A stretch of 62,443 bases of DNA, counting the filler, from Choristocarpus tenellus KU-1152 (lineage: Eukaryota; Protista; Phaeophyceae), in assembly GCA_964200185.2 (NCBI GenBank). It is 11 parts of 11 records of this genome, joined end to end, with 100 filler letters (N's around TTAATTAATTAA, not from the genome) between each part and the next. Parts side by side here need not be neighbours in the genome. Positions count along the whole stretch, not along the records: positions 1 to 7,137 come from CAXNAD020006629.1; positions 7,238 to 12,979 come from CAXNAD020009865.1; 9 more parts are not named here. One strand, written 5' to 3'. The notes under the pieces are model-generated. The model made no database searches. It had not been told where the DNA came from and saw nothing but the letters and a program-made list of their open reading frames with translations. Numbering within the stretch: the stretch's first letter is position 1; each line of letters opens with the position of its first letter. Made by a program: the position numbers and the translations under genes. Shown here piece after piece: positions 1 through 10,492 of this stretch.

Positions 1-74
1 AAAAAAAACGTTGTTTGACCGAAACGGACGCCCTCTCTCAAACCACCCCCCCTCCCCCCAAGATACTTTGACCC
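1..74. mobile_element. MITE family C, right end (left part outside window)
   Basis: Ends CCCCCAAGATACTTTGACCC; internal TTGTTTGACCGAAACGGACGCCC matches the copy at 25918-26089. Confidence 0.75.
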
Positions 75-170
75 ATTTCGGAGTAGGAAAATATCATAAA
101 ACCCCGTGGGAAGCCAAGTCCCAAACGGACAACCAGGACAAAACTCGTACCCTCTACGTTACTTTCACTC
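75..170 (-). mobile_element. MITE family A, partial copy interrupted by family C element
   Basis: Reverse complement of the first ~95 bp of the 466-723 and 12533-12790 copies; ends TACTTTCACTC. Confidence 0.8.
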
Positions 171-465
171 AAATACTGCTAGTATTAATGTTTACTTCGA
201 AGCACAATATTATCTTGTGGTACTATTACCAATTTCAATACATTTTCAGCAGAAATAACGGTAAATAAAAAACATTAGGGGGTAGAAGATGTTGCCCGAG
301 AAACACATCCTATGGGCATATTGTGGCATTCAAGTCACTGCATTGTTACCAATGCTGTTACGTTTGTTTCGTACATGTTTGTCCACGCCATATCAAGCCC
401 ATTTCTCAACCATGCTGCATATCTTAGAATGATCCATTCCTGCTCAAATGTTCTCACTTCATCTT

Positions 466-723
466 GAATGAAAGTATCTTAGTGGGTGCGAGTTTTGCCC
501 TGTTTTTCCGTTTGGGGCTTGGCTTCACATTAGTTCTTATGACATTTTACCCTACCCGAAATGTTTTGGAGTAGGCAAAATTTATGCGTTATGAGTAGGT
601 GTGTCTGGAACATGGATATTGACACTTCCTAATGAACACAATAGCCAAAATTACATCAAAATCGCAACATTGGATTTTGGCCCCGAAACGGATGTGGCTC
701 TACCCTCTAAGATACTTTGACTC
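466..723 (+). mobile_element. MITE family A, full length (~258 bp)
   Basis: TIRs GAATGAAAGTATCTTAGTGGGT ... TACCCTCTAAGATACTTTGACTC; flanked by CTT/CTT; colinear with the other A copies. Confidence 0.9.
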
Positions 724-782
724 CTTCACCATGCGAACTAATTTTCGTGTCTGTTGGTCCTCTGAACGATCTGTTCTGCAAG

Positions 783-2139
783 TTGTGTCCCCCAGGCTGC
801 CAGGCACTTGTAAACAATCTCTACGAGTTCTGTGACGGTGTGACCCTACCAGACTATCTGTACTTTGATCCTGCTTACACAATTGATGGGACTTGGTCCG
901 ATGAGGTGAGCCAAACACGCCCAACTAACCGTGAAATCCTTACCTCCTTAGTGCTATGCTTTTGGTAAGTACTAGTAACATAATATCAGCGGGATTGGTA
1001 GTGATAGAGGAAGGGCTGTTCAGTGGGCAATTTAACTTGTCAGATCGGGGGAATAGTATCTATCCAGTTCAACTGCGTTCATAGTTCCTACACGTGAACG
1101 TGGTGTCTATTCAAGCAGAACTTAATACAAGACCCTATCCCTACATTAAAAAATCCTCCATACCCCACCAACTTGCTCACTCTCATCCAACCTCAGTATT
1201 GTACGAATATGGTTATTTGGTCCATTTTGGCAGAGGAACGTCACAGGCAGATACTGACAACGTAGCAAACACACTCACTTGCTACCAAGTCCAGAATAAA
1301 CAACTGCAATTTCAGTTGATAGGTCAACCCAGGATACCCCCATTTACCATCCTCATTCCCCAATCCCCCCACATCTGTATCGCTCTATTCACTATTATCG
1401 TGATGCTTGAAGAAATAGGCATCACTATCCATTATTGCTAAATAATTTCCTAAGTTTCAGTTCTGATTGGATGAAGGTGCATCAAAGATGTGCACTCCTC
1501 ACCCAGGGAGCATACTACATGAACCCTTCGAAGCACAAAACATCACTTTTAGATCACTTATTTTTTTCTTTTTTGTATCCACCAGACCCAAAGTATCTGG
1601 GGGGGGGGGGGGGTTCTACACCACGGTGTCCATTTGGCCATAACCAGGAAAAGCACACTTACATTATCCATCCGACGTATGCAACCAAATTACCCAAAAA
1701 TCGTGACATGAAAAAATTGGTCCCAAAGGGACAGCTACCACCCCCCCCCCTCCAGATACGTTGAGCCACCAGCTCAAGGATACGCCCTCCTCTACTCCCT
1801 ATTTGTTGGTTTGACTTAGTGCAGGGATAGTACGTAATACTGTTTATCTTTTTCTATATATTCATGATTAGTGTGTGATCTCATTTCAGTAATTTCCAGC
1901 CTATCTGTTCAGAGCACTTGCTTGGAAATGCACAAGTAATCTCGTCACACAAATAATAATTCCCGACTCAGGTGAAGGTGGCAATAAAGGTGGCTGTGGA
2001 GCGATGTGGGTGCAATGCTGCAACTATTAGTAGCCGAGAAAGGGTAGCGGTAAGGCCGTCATTGCATCGAATGTTTGTGATGGCGGCAGTATTGACAGTG
2101 GCATCATTGCTCCTCGAAACAAATTGGTGGTCTCCTTAG
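783..2139 (+). CDS. Last two exons (783-905, 1972-2139) of a small Cys-rich protein with hydrophobic C-terminus (possible GPI anchor); 5' exons outside window
   Basis: AG|TTG...GAG|GTGAGC and TCAG|GTG...TAG join in phase 0 to give LCPPGCQALVNNLYEFCDGVTLPDYLYFDPAYTIDGTWSDE-VKVAIKVAVERCGCNAATISS...MFVMAAVLTVASLLLETNWWSP*. Confidence 0.7.
1585..1767 (+). mobile_element. MITE family B, full length (~183 bp), intronic
   Basis: GACCCAAAGTATCTGG(G)n ... (C)nTCCAGATACGTTGAGCC; exact 4-bp TSD ACCA on both sides. Confidence 0.9.
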
Positions 2140-2949
2140 GACTAGATACACATCAGGGAAGAAGTAGAAAACCATGAATTTTCTCGTTGTGCACATTATT
2201 CACACTAAATTAAATTCTACTACGTAGTATGTGGTACGGATTTTTTTTTTTCCCTATCTGAGATTCAAACAATACGTGGTAATTTTTAGACTGTGAGACA
2301 AATTGGATGCATGCACAGTAATTTTCGTGTCAAGTATGAAAGATTTACAGTCTCTTCCTTTCATACACAGAGATGTGGAGGTCATTGATGAGTTGGTTAT
2401 TGAGATTTTGCACAGTGTTTTAGTGACAAATGTTGTATTTGATAGGTCTGCGTTATAACATAGGCTACTCATTTGATCTGTTTTGACACGATACAGCATT
2501 GTCAGTCCATACTGGATGTTGATTTGTCCATTGTAATGGTAACTATTCTCACTTACCTCATTAACCCCTCATTACAATACTATCAATCACCTTCAGAACA
2601 CCACAGTGCAAAGGAAGCATAAGAACAGTCGCTTGCTATCACACATACAGGCATACTATGTGTCACATCAGTTCCCTCAGACATTTATTCAAGTTTGTCT
2701 CCTTGTTTCTTCTTTCTTTTTTCTCTTTCTTCTTCTTCTTCACACAAGAACTTGTCAGTTGCACATCATGTGTTAATTAATATTTTTCTTGACTGGCATT
2801 GCCCCCTCATAATCCATCATGCTCACTCCACAATATGTATACCAGATACTCACTGGGATGCAATATAACCAGAGTTTAAAACATCCTTCGAAACCCTTCT
2901 CAGCCAAGGTGACAAGCCTCTCCACAGAGCATGCATTTCTTCATTTGAG

Positions 2950-3240
2950 CATCACAATGAATGATCACACATTTAACATCGACCATTGTCTGATTGAGTA
3001 AAACATGTCATCAGGCCTATCAGAACGAATTCACAGGTGTTTTGTTGTACCATGATACCTTTTGCCAAACGTGCTAACCACAGTGCAACCAAACGCACTT
3101 TCACATCAAGCATTGTCTGATTGAGTAAAAAGCTGTCATCAGGCCTACCAGAACAAATTCAACAGTGCTTTGTTGCACTATGATACTTCATCACAAACTA
3201 GACGCAGCACAATGATGCACAAAACATTCGAACTCAGGTT
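2950..3240. repeat. Degenerate tandem repeat, period ~127 bp
   Basis: CATTGTCTGATTGAGTAAAA...TGTCATCAGGCCTA..AGAAC...TTTGTTG...ATGATAC starts at 2984 and at 3111. Confidence 0.8.
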
Positions 3241-3786
3241 TTAACAGGTAATGAGCCTCACACGATTCCTTTGGGACTTAATACATGTAGACACAAAAAA
3301 CCCATAAAACATGGACCAAATGTCCAACTTGCCATCATCTCTGGGCACTGTGAAAATGAAAAAACAAACGTTTTAGACTCTGGGAATAGCAATGACATAC
3401 TTTAGATTGATGTATTGTCCCACAGTACAAGACCCTCAACCCATTTAGTTTACGCTGGACAGGTAAATGTAAATGTGATGGGACCGGTCCAAGGGCGAGT
3501 CCGGATTATGTACTCTGGAGTACTCCTGAAGTTTTATTATTTAAGACGAACAGTCAAGGTCCATCACAGAGTATAACCCAAGTGGATCGCGACCAGGCTC
3601 AGGTTGTATGTGGTTCAACAGGCCCGGACCGGACCGATAGAGATTGTGAATCAGACCGGGTTGTGAGCATCCTCGATGGTTGGAGAAGACTTGGAACTAT
3701 ACAATATACGACCATAGACATGGACAGGCACAGACAGAGGACACGAGAGAACACCAGGCCTCCACAGATACCAGGAAGTAAAGTGT

Positions 3787-4500
3787 TTATTGCTCATACG
3801 AGATGTCTACCTTGGCAAGAATGGACTTTCCTGGGGATATGGCGGTTGTCTCCCGCAATTTTCGTTCTTTATTCACTGTGGGGTGCACAAAGGTGTAATC
3901 AATACAATTGGTTTTGGTATTCTTCATGGTACTGATCAAGGACGTTCCTGGGATATGTTCACCACTCAGCTCAAATCTGCAAGTAGTGTTCTTGAAGACA
4001 GCTCCCATCGCATCCAATAAGCCATTGCCATGGCAAGGGGCAAAGAAGTTACGCTTTGCGGCAACCCCATATTTTCGTTCCACCAAGTATCCGAGAAAAT
4101 GTGAGCACATTGAGATCCTGTTCATATTCTGTGGTCAGGGGCTTGAAATTCTTGTTAGTCAGCTTGTCCAGTGTGTGCTGTACAATGGAGTTCTCCTATG
4201 TGGTGTCGGCGCTGACAACCATCAAGTTTTTCACCCATCGCTCACCCTTGATTTTCCCTTTCCCGAGAACCGACAGGCACACAGTACTTATGTTCATCTT
4301 GAAGAGTTTGAATTATGTCGTGTCTTGAGGTGCATGAGGGTACTGCGACAGAAAGTCATGAACATGTGTGTATGTGTGTTCTTCTCCCACGTTGGAAATG
4401 CATTGGGCAATAGACGTGGGTCTGGATATTTTGAGCAGTGTGGTGATGCTGGAAGAACTTAATGTCGAAGGTGGTCAAGGATGACAGCAACAAATTCAGA
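3787..4500 (-). pseudogene. Decayed DDD transposase, Sola2-like
   Basis: Frame-broken motifs FFQHHHTAQ, VHDF..QD, MVVSADTT*ENSIVQHTLDKL and RNFFAPCHGNGLLDAMGAVFK (compare W.FF...HGKG..DG.GG..K); family assignment is from recalled motif only. Confidence 0.55.
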
Positions 4501-6825
4501 GAACTACTTTGTCAATGGAAAGAGCACCATTGTCACTGATAGAGAACCTTTGTTTCCCAAGAATACTATATTGTTTGGCATGTGTCATTTGTATTGCGGA
4601 AGGGATTTGGGGGAAACATGTCACATTGAACTTCCCACAAATGTGAAAGTTCGTGATGTAAATCTAAGGTTTGTCCACTGAAGAATCCACCGTTGTGGAC
4701 AAGTAAAGCCACCTAACACCCCAACAAAGAAAAATGATTAAACGAAGGTGTGCAAAAGTTAAAATATTACATGGTTTGAAGGGAGACATGTTGGTTGAGA
4801 AAGTGATAGGAGAATGAGTGGTATTGAAAAGGAGGAGGAACGTGGAAGATGGCACAGGGTCAAAGATATTGGAAGGACTAATAGGGCAAGCTAAACTCCA
4901 CGTTTGTGTAATCTTTCTCAACCTCCCACCCTCTTGATTGCTCACGATTTAGTGGAATGGTGTATATGGGGAGGGGGGGGTCAAGCTTGGGCGGGATAGA
5001 TGTCTTCTGATTCAAAGGCACAATTTTGAGTGGATAAAGATGGAGTGTTTTGGAATTTTGTGGGTGCTCTTGGACTAATGGGGGAGTGTTGGGGAGGATG
5101 TGAATTGTCCTTGCATGGAGGTGGAGTGTTTGGGAGGACTGGTGTGCGAGTGGATACGTAGAATTGAAAGAGTCATTGTTTTGAAGAGTGTATATGTGTA
5201 TGAAGAGTGTATATGTATAATTTGGTCGCACTGATTTGTGAGTAGCGTATACGCGGAAATTGGGCACATTTTTTAGGAGAGTGGATGTATATGTGGTGTG
5301 TTAACAAGCTGGTGGTGTTATGTTGGAGTGGTAACATCGTGGTGTTTTGACGTTGGTGTGGAGCTAAAGTGAGTGGTGCGGCGTCAGTCGATGAGGAGTG
5401 AGGCAAAGGTGAAGATAAGAGTGGCTGGGAGAAGTACCTTGGTGCCCTTGGGGCAATGTTTGCTGTAGCGCTTAGCGACCTTAGTGTCCACAAATTGGCC
5501 AGATCCTGACTTCCATATTGAACCACACCTGTTGGAGAGCTTTCTAGGACGAGATACAGCTGAAAGGAACATTGCTTTGTACCTTAACGCTTAATCTGTG
5601 GCCGTGTGGGGTGCAGGTACACACCTTGCCTATCTTTGAGGGTGTAAAACCACTTCTTGTCCACTTATACCCAGGCATATGGACCATCCACTAATGCCCC
5701 CCACTTCCCCCCGTCTTTGTGTGTTACTGATAACGAAACCCACTCGGTTGACTTTCTGCTGGTCTGAAAAGACTGGTTTAATCCGTTCCTTGACCTTCTT
5801 GACCTTCTCACGCATGTACAGATCCCGCAAGCAGGCAAGGGAGACCCCAGGTTTGACCTCCCGTTTGCAGAAGGATGTGGGGTGTACTGATGGGACATCC
5901 CAAACGTCGAGGATACTTGTACGGCAGGGAGATTGCACCTTGCGACATCGTACAAGATCCATATATCCACCCCGTGTGATCTGACTGTTGTACTCCTTCA
6001 GATGATGGAACGTGGTGATTTGGGAATTCCGAAGTCTTCCGCGATGGCTGCCACTGTCCCTCGAGACATCCAAGTCTCGAACCCTCTCATCTCCAGGCAT
6101 TGCGCTACCATACTGTTTTCGCCGGGATGTTCGAGTCTGGACCCCAGATAGACTCCTGGGCTGAAGAATTGTGACTGAAGGGCGACGACGGGACGATCAA
6201 GTTGCTCGAACGACCGTGCACAATCGTTGTAGGCATCCCAATAAACACTCACTTTGACAATCTCATGAGGTTTTTGATTCCGGTCAAATGTGAGTTGGTC
6301 CACTTTGTACTAGTGATCTTCCACAGTCATGACAGCCCACGATCTCAAGCTTTGGACACCTCCCAATCTATAAGAAGACAAAGCCTCGTCAAGACGGTTT
6401 ATCACGTAGGTCGTTTCTGGGCGAGAATGGAGCTCGCAAAAGTCATGTTACATTTAATTCTGAACGGGAGAACTATGTTCTGTATTTCAGCCGAATTCCA
6501 TATCACAAGGCCATATTATTAGACAAGTTATTGTCAAGGCACCCTTCGGTCACGCTGCCTTCAATAGAGTAGAGAGTGTGATATCTTCTGGGAAGATATA
6601 TGTCCTACATATAGTATAGGAAAATGTCCGTATATATCCTTTTGAGGGACAGGTTCTTAACACGAGTGGCTACACCAGCATTTGCTCAGCCTCATAGGTT
6701 CTTCCTGGTGTGTCCTAAGCAGATCTGCAGGTGGTACTTCGGAAATGTGGAAAAAGGAAGCCCCAACAACTTTCAACATCGAGTGAAAGATAGAGTTTAT
6801 TCACCCTGCCAAGACCAGGTGGTTG

Positions 6826-7073
6826 GAGCCAAAGTATCTTAGAGGGTAGATCCGCATCCATTTGGGGACAAATATCCAATGTTGCGTTTTTGATGCAATT
6901 TTGGCTATCGTATTTGTTAGTAAGTGTGAATTCCCTTGGTCCAGACACACATTTTCATAATGTATACATTTTATCTACTCTGAAACATTTTGGAGTAGGA
7001 ATAATGTCATCCAAACCACCCATCGGAAGCCAAGTCGCAAACGAACAAACAGAACAAACTCGTACCCTCTAAG
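6826..7073 (-). mobile_element. MITE family A, one TIR truncated
   Basis: GAGCCAAAGTATCTTAGAGGGTAG ... CTCGTACCCTCTAAG; body matches the reverse complement of other A copies. Confidence 0.85.
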
Positions 7074-8639
7074 TTGTTAAAGTATCCCCAAAATCATCAA
7101 AGGGGATAAAGGTGATAAACCCGACGAGATTGCTTGGNNNNNNNNNNNNNNNNNNNNNNNNNNNNNNNNNNNNNNNNNNNNTTAATTAATTAANNNNNNN
7201 NNNNNNNNNNNNNNNNNNNNNNNNNNNNNNNNNNNNNGGTCCAACTCATCCTCCATAGTGTGCTCCATCCTCAATTTTGTGATTGGCTGCCAAATTGACT
7301 GGTAGGTGTGAAAGATAAAAACAAAGGAGGAGAACCATCCGTGAGTGGGATATACTTGAGAGCTGGTTTTGTGGGGTATGATTCATGCTGATGGTTCGGC
7401 CATTGTCTTCAAGACCCATGTAGAAGATTTGACCAGAATGTTAGCGACGGTCGACGTGTTCTTTCATTCAGTCTGATTGTTTCCGCATCAAAGAAGGAGA
7501 CCATGTTCCCTCGACACATTGCACTCGAGCAGGGTATGTGCCAACCAAGACCAAGCAGGGGAATCCATTAATCCTACTACTACTGTGCGCTATGCTCAAG
7601 GCTCGGATCGTTCCTGTGCAAGCAAAGAAATAAAACAGTGTGAAAACTTTGTCGGCAGTTGGCGTACAAAAAAAAGAAATTTCACAAAAAAAGAACTAAG
7701 AAAGCCCCAACAAGGTCAGACACATATGGTACCTGGTACGGTGGACACCTCTTCCATCAAAAATCTACATTGCATCGCTTGACTCTGGTAGGTTATAAAT
7801 GATTTACATCAGAACTTTGAGGAGGCCCTAAGTTGTTCTGAGTTGTCTAGTTGACACACAGATTGGGTGTTGCTTCAACCTGGCTCTTGACAGAGCTGTA
7901 TGGTACAACCTAGTCCTAACCCTAACCCCAGGACTCTGAAAGGTTAAAAAAAGATGAAGTGGAGACTGCAAAGAGGAGTATCTCAGTCAGCAGAGCTTTG
8001 TTTGTCCATTGTGTCTCAGAAATGCCAGGGTTTACGCGTGATCCCTTCCTCTCAGATTGTAGCACAACAATCAGCACACCATTAACTTACAAGTGATCTA
8101 CACAACCACCAATGAAGAAAGCAGTAGAAGTGACGCATCTAGTCCTTGGATTAGACATGATATCTACAAAAAAATGTGAAAATGCATCATACATCTTTCT
8201 ATTCAGGTTTGAACAGGGCACAGGAGGGATGACCCCATGAAAAAATACCTTTGCGCAAAATTAATAAATAGAAACAGAGGCACATCACGCGAAGAATAAA
8301 TAGGCATTTAGATCAGTCCCTGGAACGTCCAGGTGCTCAACGACTATCAAATGCTTTAATATTTTTTGCCAAGGTAAATTCAAGCAGAAAAAAATTCTTC
8401 AACTCTGGTCTAGAAAAAGACAACCGGCACTCACCATCCCTTCCTTTGTGTGACTGAGGAGACGGATCACCTTCTCATGCTCCTCCCGATCGAGACGAAG
8501 CATCCAAAGGCATGCTGACACCAAGCACTCTTCGCACTTAGCTACTGTGTCGCCAAGCTTCTTCACGGAGCAGGACCTTAATTTTCAATCCCTCCCATGA
8601 CCAATGCAGGCTAGCAGTAACATTCTAGGTGTGCTAATC

Positions 8640-8995
8640 GTAGATCTATTTCACTCCCACCATAACATCAAGCCCATATCTCGAGCCGTAACACACCTTT
8701 CCATCCCCCTCATGACCAAACCAAGACAATCTTACACGACCCGAATGTTGACATGGGGCCATCTTCGCATTCACTGTGCGATCTAGCTGAAGTCTGGAGC
8801 AGCACATCGCCTTCCTGTCTCCCTTACGACCAAACCTAGGCCTAACGGCACATGCTTTATGAAGGCGACGAACACTCCACACATCCAAGACGCCATCCGG
8901 TTTGTCTCTGAGGCTGTACACTTGTTTTATGTCCCTCCATCCTATCCGAAGCTTGGTTGGGAGAGAACTCCAGGAAGCTTGTAGCAGGAACCAGT
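8640..8995 (-). pseudogene. Degenerate EsV-1-7 repeats downstream of the stop codon
   Basis: SCYKLPGVLSQPSFG*, KPDGVLDV..HKACAVRPRFGRKGDRKAMCCSR, CQHSGR..WFGHEGDGKVCYGSRYGLDVMV, with stops and a frameshift. Confidence 0.75.
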
Positions 8996-10492
8996 CTATT
9001 TCACCATGCCATCCATCTTATGTTTGGAGCAATACTTCTTCCTGTCCCCCTTGTGTCCAAACAGAGGTTTGCTGAGACAACCAGGGTATGTGCAGCTGGA
9101 ACCCCTTACATCCACCATGCCATCCAGCTTGTGTCTTGAGCAATATGTCGACTTCTTTCCCCTCTCATATCCAAAGCTAGGCCGGTGGAGACATCCTGCG
9201 TGGTGGCAGGTGACCTTGTTCGTACTCACCATTCCCTCCAACTTGTGTTCAGCGCAGTACTTTGTCTTTCTACCCCCCTCATATCCGAAGCTAGACCGGA
9301 CGAGACATCCAGGGTGCTTGCAGAGGGAACTCCTCACATCCAACATGCCATCCAGCTTATGTCCAGAGCAGTACAATGGCTTCCTTTCCCTCTCATCTCC
9401 AAAGCTTGGCTGACGGATACATCCTGCTTGCTGGCAGGTGCCCTTGATCACATTCACCATGCCCTCCAGCTTATGTCCAAAGCAGTACTTTCCCCTTTTG
9501 TCACCTTGACATCCAAAGTTAGGTCGGCGAAGACATCCAGGGTGCTTGCAGCGGGGACTCCTCACATCTACCATGCCATCCAGCTTATGTCCGAAGCAGT
9601 AAACTGACCTCATGTCACTCTCGTGTCCAAAGTTAGGCCGACGGCTACATCCTGCGTGCTGGCAGCCGTGCTTGTTCTTTTTGCTGTCGACGTGATGCCT
9701 GGAGCAGTATGTTCCCTTTCTGTCTCCCTCATAGCCAGAGCTGGGTCGGAAGGAACATCCACCGTGCTGGCACTGGAGGTGATATCTCACTGCACAATTC
9801 GTGACTACAGAAGAGCTCTCCTCCTGCGACCATGAGGGAAATGGCGATCGGTCACCAGTCTCCACAACCCTCCTCTTTACCGCTGGTCCCGTCGCCAGTT
9901 CGTTGTCCCTGATGCCCTGCCCATCATCAGCTTCAGAGTGCCTAACACTTGATGTCCTCTTCACGTGACGTCCCTCTAACCCGCAAGAATTATCTCCATG
10001 AGCTGACGAAAGCTCGCAGAGAAATTCATTCCCCACTGACAAAGGCGCAGCCCAGCTTGGGTCATGAGGGGAAAAACTATTTTTCACATGACCGATACTG
10101 GGCTGGCAGATAAATTCACAGTGCCGAAAATGGGTTCGATCCCTCTCTGCGCCATGGTAAGCGACTGAAGAGCTCTCCTCCTTCGACCACGAGGAAAAAT
10201 ACGGGCCTCTCGTTGTTTCCACATGTTCCGTCTTCAGAATTGGTCTCGTTCCTGATTCATTTTTCCTGGAGCCCTGCTCATAATCAAGTTCCATATGCGT
10301 AACGCTTAACGTTCTAATCACGGGGCGCCCCCCTACCCTCCAAGGGTCATCCCCATCTGATGAAGAACGATCACACAGAAGTTCCTTCTCCACGGACAAA
10401 GGTACAAACCAGCATCGGTCATGAGAGGCGCATACTTTTGTTTCCGAAAGTGAATCTGTCCAAGGATCAGTGTGGGCAGAGAAGCAAGCCAT
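8996..10492 (-). CDS. EsV-1-7 cysteine-rich repeat protein (7 repeats); open frame extends to 10768, likely start Met at 10492 or spliced 5' end
   Basis: Seven ~38-aa repeats C-x4-C-x2-(R/Q/K)PxFG-x~8-YC-x2-HKL(D/E)GMV(D/N)V at 8999-9772, the EsV-1-7 motif. Confidence 0.85.
   Translation of the reverse strand: MACFSAHTDPWTDSLSETKVCASHDRCWFVPLSVEKELLCDRSSSDGDDPWRVGGRPVIRTLSVTHMELDYEQGSRKNESGTRPILKTEHVETTRGPYFSSWSKEESSSVAYHGAERDRTHFRHCEFICQPSIGHVKNSFSPHDPSWAAPLSVGNEFLCELSSAHGDNSCGLEGRHVKRTSSVRHSEADDGQGIRDNELATGPAVKRRVVETGDRSPFPSWSQEESSSVVTNCAVRYHLQCQHGGCSFRPSSGYEGDRKGTYCSRHHVDSKKNKHGCQHAGCSRRPNFGHESDMRSVYCFGHKLDGMVDVRSPRCKHPGCLRRPNFGCQGDKRGKYCFGHKLEGMVNVIKGTCQQAGCIRQPSFGDERERKPLYCSGHKLDGMLDVRSSLCKHPGCLVRSSFGYEGGRKTKYCAEHKLEGMVSTNKVTCHHAGCLHRPSFGYERGKKSTYCSRHKLDGMVDVRGSSCTYPGCLSKPLFGHKGDRKKYCSKHKMDGMVK

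Noticed and set aside
632-835. Short ORFs overlapping MITEs (e.g. 11-268, 632-835, 1435-1764, 12723-12920, 37789-38001, 53020-53275)
   Set aside because: Shared peptide words arise from the non-coding repeat; frames are not conserved between copies
7138-7237. TTAATTAATTAA palindrome centred in N-runs, recurring at every large gap
   Set aside because: Artificial scaffolding linker with stops in all six frames; not biological
9006-9835. Repetitive plus-strand ORFs
   Set aside because: Antisense shadows of the EsV-1-7 repeats
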